Source: Octopus sinensis
Lineage: Eukaryota
Assembly (NCBI RefSeq): GCF_006345805.1
Contig: NW_021835990.1
Span: forward strand, 1 to 64,000
Direction: 5' to 3'
Length of the DNA: 64,000 nucleotides
Both the position numbers and the translations under genes were made by a program. Under the pieces are notes generated by a model. That model had not been told where the DNA came from. It searched no databases and saw nothing but the letters and a program-made list of their open reading frames with translations. Below, piece after piece: positions 60,104-64,000 of this stretch (its first letter is position 1; the number at the start of each line of letters is the position of its first letter).

Positions 60104-61879
60104 TAGGGCAATTTAAGTTAAAAAAGTTAAAATATATGAAAATGTGTATTTTGGCTTAAAAGTAAAATAAAGTATTTTTTAAATGAAATAGTTACTTATT
60201 AAAGAAAAAAATAAAGTTAAAAAGTTAAAAAAAATTTTTTTATAAAGTTAAAATTTTAACTTTATTTAAAATAGCGCGTGGGTGTTTAGTGTGCCAAGAA
60301 CTGCAAAAACAATGTATTTTAAGGCAAAAAAATTGTTATTGAATATCCGCTGGAGTTTTTATTACGAGAGAATGGCGAGTTGCAATGTCAACTTTGCTTA
60401 TGCACAGTCAGGTGTGAGAAAAAGCATTTTGTGAATTCTCACCGAGAATCGAAGAAGCACTCAAATTATTAAGTTTTTACAAATTAATATAATTTTTAGA
60501 GAATAATTTCTATCAGCCTTGTTTGGACGAGTTACCCAATGATGACTGGTCAATGCAAGTCACTAAAGCATTTATTCAATGCGATATACCCTTGCATAAA
60601 TGACTATGCCTCCTCTAAAGAATTTATTCAAGAATACTTCTTTGCCTCTTCCTTCCCAATACAAAGCAAGAATGTGCGTTAAACAATTGAAAACTGAATA
60701 TATTGTATTATTTCAAGAAAAGTTTAGGTTTATGAATATATAATTTTTTAGAAATCAACTTGTATTCGCCATAAGTGACGAGGTCACTATTCGTAGTCAA
60801 AAATTTGTTGCAGTTTTAATGGGGATACTTAAAAATCCCGATAAAACTTATTTGATTTCTTTCGTAAAAATTGATAAAACTTCTACCAAAGAAACAATTA
60901 TTCAAATTGTTGACGATACGATTAAATGCGTTTTAATTGAAAGACAAAATTTCCTTCTCCTAATAACAGATTCCGCTAAATATATGCTAGCAGGTTTTAA
61001 TTTAACATATAATTATAGCTGGAAAAGTTCTTAAGCTTTTATATCCAAGGTTATTTCACGTAACTTGTGTTGCTCATCTGATGCATAATTGTTCAATGAA
61101 AATCAGGACTATTTATCCTGAAATTGATTCTCTTATTGCATCAATTCAAGCGGCAATAACAAAAAATAACAAGAGAAAACGACTATTTAATGAAATTGGA
61201 ATTCCACCTCATGTAGTTTTAACTAGATAGGGTACTTGGCTAACTGCTGCATTTTATTATGCAAAAAATTTGATACATGTGATAAACATTTTCAAAACAA
61301 TTCCTGATGATGGAATCATTGTTCAGGCTGCAAAAAATAGCCTAAGAGATGAATCTCTAGTAAAAAGCTTAAGTTCTATTGTTAGAAATTATTCGACAAT
61401 TCCAGGTAAAACTAGTTTAATAATAGCAGAATTATTGTGCAAATTTGAAAGTTCTCACTCCTCAATAGAGTTAGCTTACAATGAGCTAAAGAATTTAAAA
61501 TTTGACGACAAATCAGATATAATTGAAAAATATTTGAATGAACGATTACAAAAAAATGATTTATGTCAAATTATAAGAATGACAAATTCATCAATTTCTC
61601 CTGAAGAATATTGTATGCTTTTAAAGTGTCAGCCTTCATCCTCTTCCATAGAACGATGCTTCTCTCAAATTAAAAACTTTATGAGGGATAACAGAAATTT
61701 TAATATTGAAAATATAGAGAATTATGTTATATGTTTGTATAATAAATGATTCTTAAGTTAAAATTTGTTAGGTTAAAATTTTTGTTTTATAGGTTAAAAT
61801 TTGGTTATTTTTAGGTTAAAAAGTTAAAATTTTTAGGTTAAAAAATCGAAGTTTTTAGGTTAAAAAAAAAATTGCCCTA
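60104..61879 (+). mobile_element. Full-length hAT transposon (CGGBP1/DUF659-like) with introns
   Basis: TIRs TAGGGCAATTT; perfect 8-bp TSD GTTATGAT at 60096-60103 and 61880-61887. CLVCQE..H, AFIQCDIPLHK, ISDEVT, LITDSAKYM, HVTCVAHLMHNC, TR*GTWL, SSSIERCFS. Confidence 0.96.
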
Positions 61880-61944
61880 GTTATGATTTATATTTCCTTG
61901 TATCAATTGAGTAAGAATCTTGATTAGCTCTTTGGACAAAAGGC

Positions 61945-63228
61945 TTGAGCATTCTGCTTTTAGGCGATGTTGAGGAGAATCCAGGACCCTATTTAATCAT
62001 ACTCCAATTGAACATCAATGGAATAAGAGGGAAAGTTCTTGAATTATGGACATACCTCAAAAAACACAACATCGATGTAGCTGCCTCGCAAGAAACCAGA
62101 TTAACACTTTTTTCTATTACTCCCTCATTCCCGGGATATAACTGTATCCGTTTGGACCGGCTAAACCGACTTGGCGGGGGCCTTCTGTTCATTATCAAAA
62201 ACGGTTTGCACTATACGGACTCCACAGATGACCTCAAGGCGACAATTCACGACGGCGAAATATCTGGAATTACCTTGAATACTAAATTCGGAAAGACTAC
62301 TATTGCCAACATATATGTTGCACCCCTCCGTCTTGTCCAAAGGGATTCAACCAAAACTTCTCAAAGCTATCCAATTTAAAGAACCTTTTAATTTGCGGAG
62401 ACTTGAACGCAAAGCACCCGACTTGGTTTAAATCCCAACGGGCAGACTTAAGAGGATGGTCTCTATTGTAACAACTCTCTGTCATGTCTCTGCCAAGACC
62501 CACACTAGGACACCTTATAGGATACCGAACGCTTAACATCTCCAAACATTACACTATCTTCAACTAACTTATGCTCAGCCATTTCATGGTTAGTAGACTA
62601 CGATCTTAATTCAGATTACAATCCAATCATCAGGATTAAGAAAGCCTTTCCCCATATGAACAAAACTATGTCCTTTTTCAATTACAAGAGCGCAAACTGG
62701 GAGGGATATACTAACTTCACCGACGCAATGCTGCAAAACTTTGATACTAAACTGTTCAAATCAATCGACGGAGCTGTCAAGTGCCTAAATGAAGTGATCT
62801 TGTTGGGTAGAAAACTATTTACTCTAAAATGCACTTACTATCACTTCGACGAAAATCTGGGCTAGGAGACAAAAATTCTTATCAGAAAAAGGAACTTTCT
62901 TAAAAAGAATCTAGTTTCTATTCCCGGCGGAAGAAAAGAAATAAAGAACCTCAACAATACCATCGCTAAGAAACTTGAGGCATCCCAAAGAAGAAGATGA
63001 GAAAATCAAAACGCTTGGAAAAGAAAAATAGAGCCATCTCACTTTTATGTTCAATTGCAAAGATTCTTAAAAAACTAATTCTCGAAAAACTAAAATTAAT
63101 ATAACTACTTGGACTTGATTCCAACAACCTTGCTAAAGCACCTTGGTCCCATCGGAATTGATGCAGTGATAAACTTTTTCAACTATTCCGTTAACCAGAA
63201 TCAAATACCAAATATATGGAAAAATTCT
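61945..63228 (+). mobile_element. Ingi-like LINE remnant: 2A-like peptide, APE and start of RT
   Basis: LLLGDVEENPGP, LQLNING, ASQETRL, IANIYV, ICGDLNAKHP, FNYKSANWEGY, LLKHLGPIGI; degraded and truncated. Confidence 0.88.
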
Positions 63229-64000
63229 GTTGGACTCTGGACCCAACGCAAGTGCGGGACGGGCGGGGAGAACAAATCAGGCAGAAATGTCACACAAATT
63301 ATTTTAAATTGAAAGTATTAAAAAAGTTTTTATAAAATTCTATTTCGACTGAGTTCATTTAATGCTAGTGAAAAAGTATTTAACTGTTGGCTCATTTTGT
63401 GTAAATTACTTTTGGCTCAAAATCGGTGTTGAAATGTCATTTTGTAAAACGAATCAAATAAGATTGATCCATTGTTATTTTACAGTAAATATTTAATTTT
63501 GATTATATTAAATATATGATTTATTTTAAATGTAAAAATAAATCAGTGAAATGGACCTTCATCCGAGTAGTGAGTAAAATTTCAATTTATTAAACAGTAA
63601 AATTCTTAAAATGTTCAGCAAAAAATAATGACTGGGGACAGAAAGCTCCTGATAGTTTAGTCTCCAAACTTGCAGAAGCCGGGAACCACGTTTCTATTGA
63701 TAACGGAGTCCCTTATGTTCTCACTTTTTTGCTCTTTGTGGATTCCGTCCTTACATGGAAATTGTCGACAACTTGTCAGGTTCATTTATTATTCTTTGAC
63801 GAATTTAGAACTTCCTGAATTTACTAATCTAATAGGAGAGGATAATTCAAATAATTTTGTTTCCAATCCTTCGATAGAAACGTGGAGATGCTGTTTTTCC
63901 AATCTCGTGGACAGAACTAAAAATTCTCTCGAGGTTGTCAAATTTGCACAAAATTCTATTTTGTGTCGGATTAAAAGGAATTTATCAGACAAGGACATGT

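Noticed and set aside
63620-64000. Exons of a gene at the window edge (minus strand)
   Set aside because: Short, with no recognisable domain, and truncated by the window.

Overview
AT-rich eukaryotic genomic DNA with very short GT-AG introns (about 18-30 nt), metazoan-type housekeeping genes and a high transposon load. This best fits a myxozoan cnidarian parasite (inference, not confirmed). Recognisable host genes, several partial or frameshifted: PGM2 (two copies, ~59 kb apart), SPT5 (3' part only), a WD40 gene, U6 snRNA, RBBP6, XPNPEP1 (5' part only) abutting Ku70 (3' part only), pyridoxal kinase, a CERT-type PH-domain gene, arginine kinase, a Sas10/UTP3 C-terminus and an Ndc80-like gene. 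Mobile elements: Tigger/pogo, Tc1, Buster-type and CGGBP1-like hATs, MITEs, a Helitron remnant, a Ginger-like element, and non-LTR retrotransposons of the RTE, Ingi-like (with 2A-like peptides), Jockey/I-like, CRE and R4/NeSL-like RLE types. The most unusual structure is a 21-copy, 48-bp tandem array in the CERT-like gene whose unit looks like a complete intron (GT donor, CTGAC branch point, CAAG acceptor). Other highlights: a CRE element inserted in frame into a WD40 exon, micro-introns inside hAT transposases at a shared position, and a filled/empty hAT site pair. Many frameshifts lie in homopolymers or dinucleotide runs and may be sequencing errors. All homology calls come from recognising motifs by eye; no database search was run. 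Exon boundaries and the ends of degraded elements are approximate.
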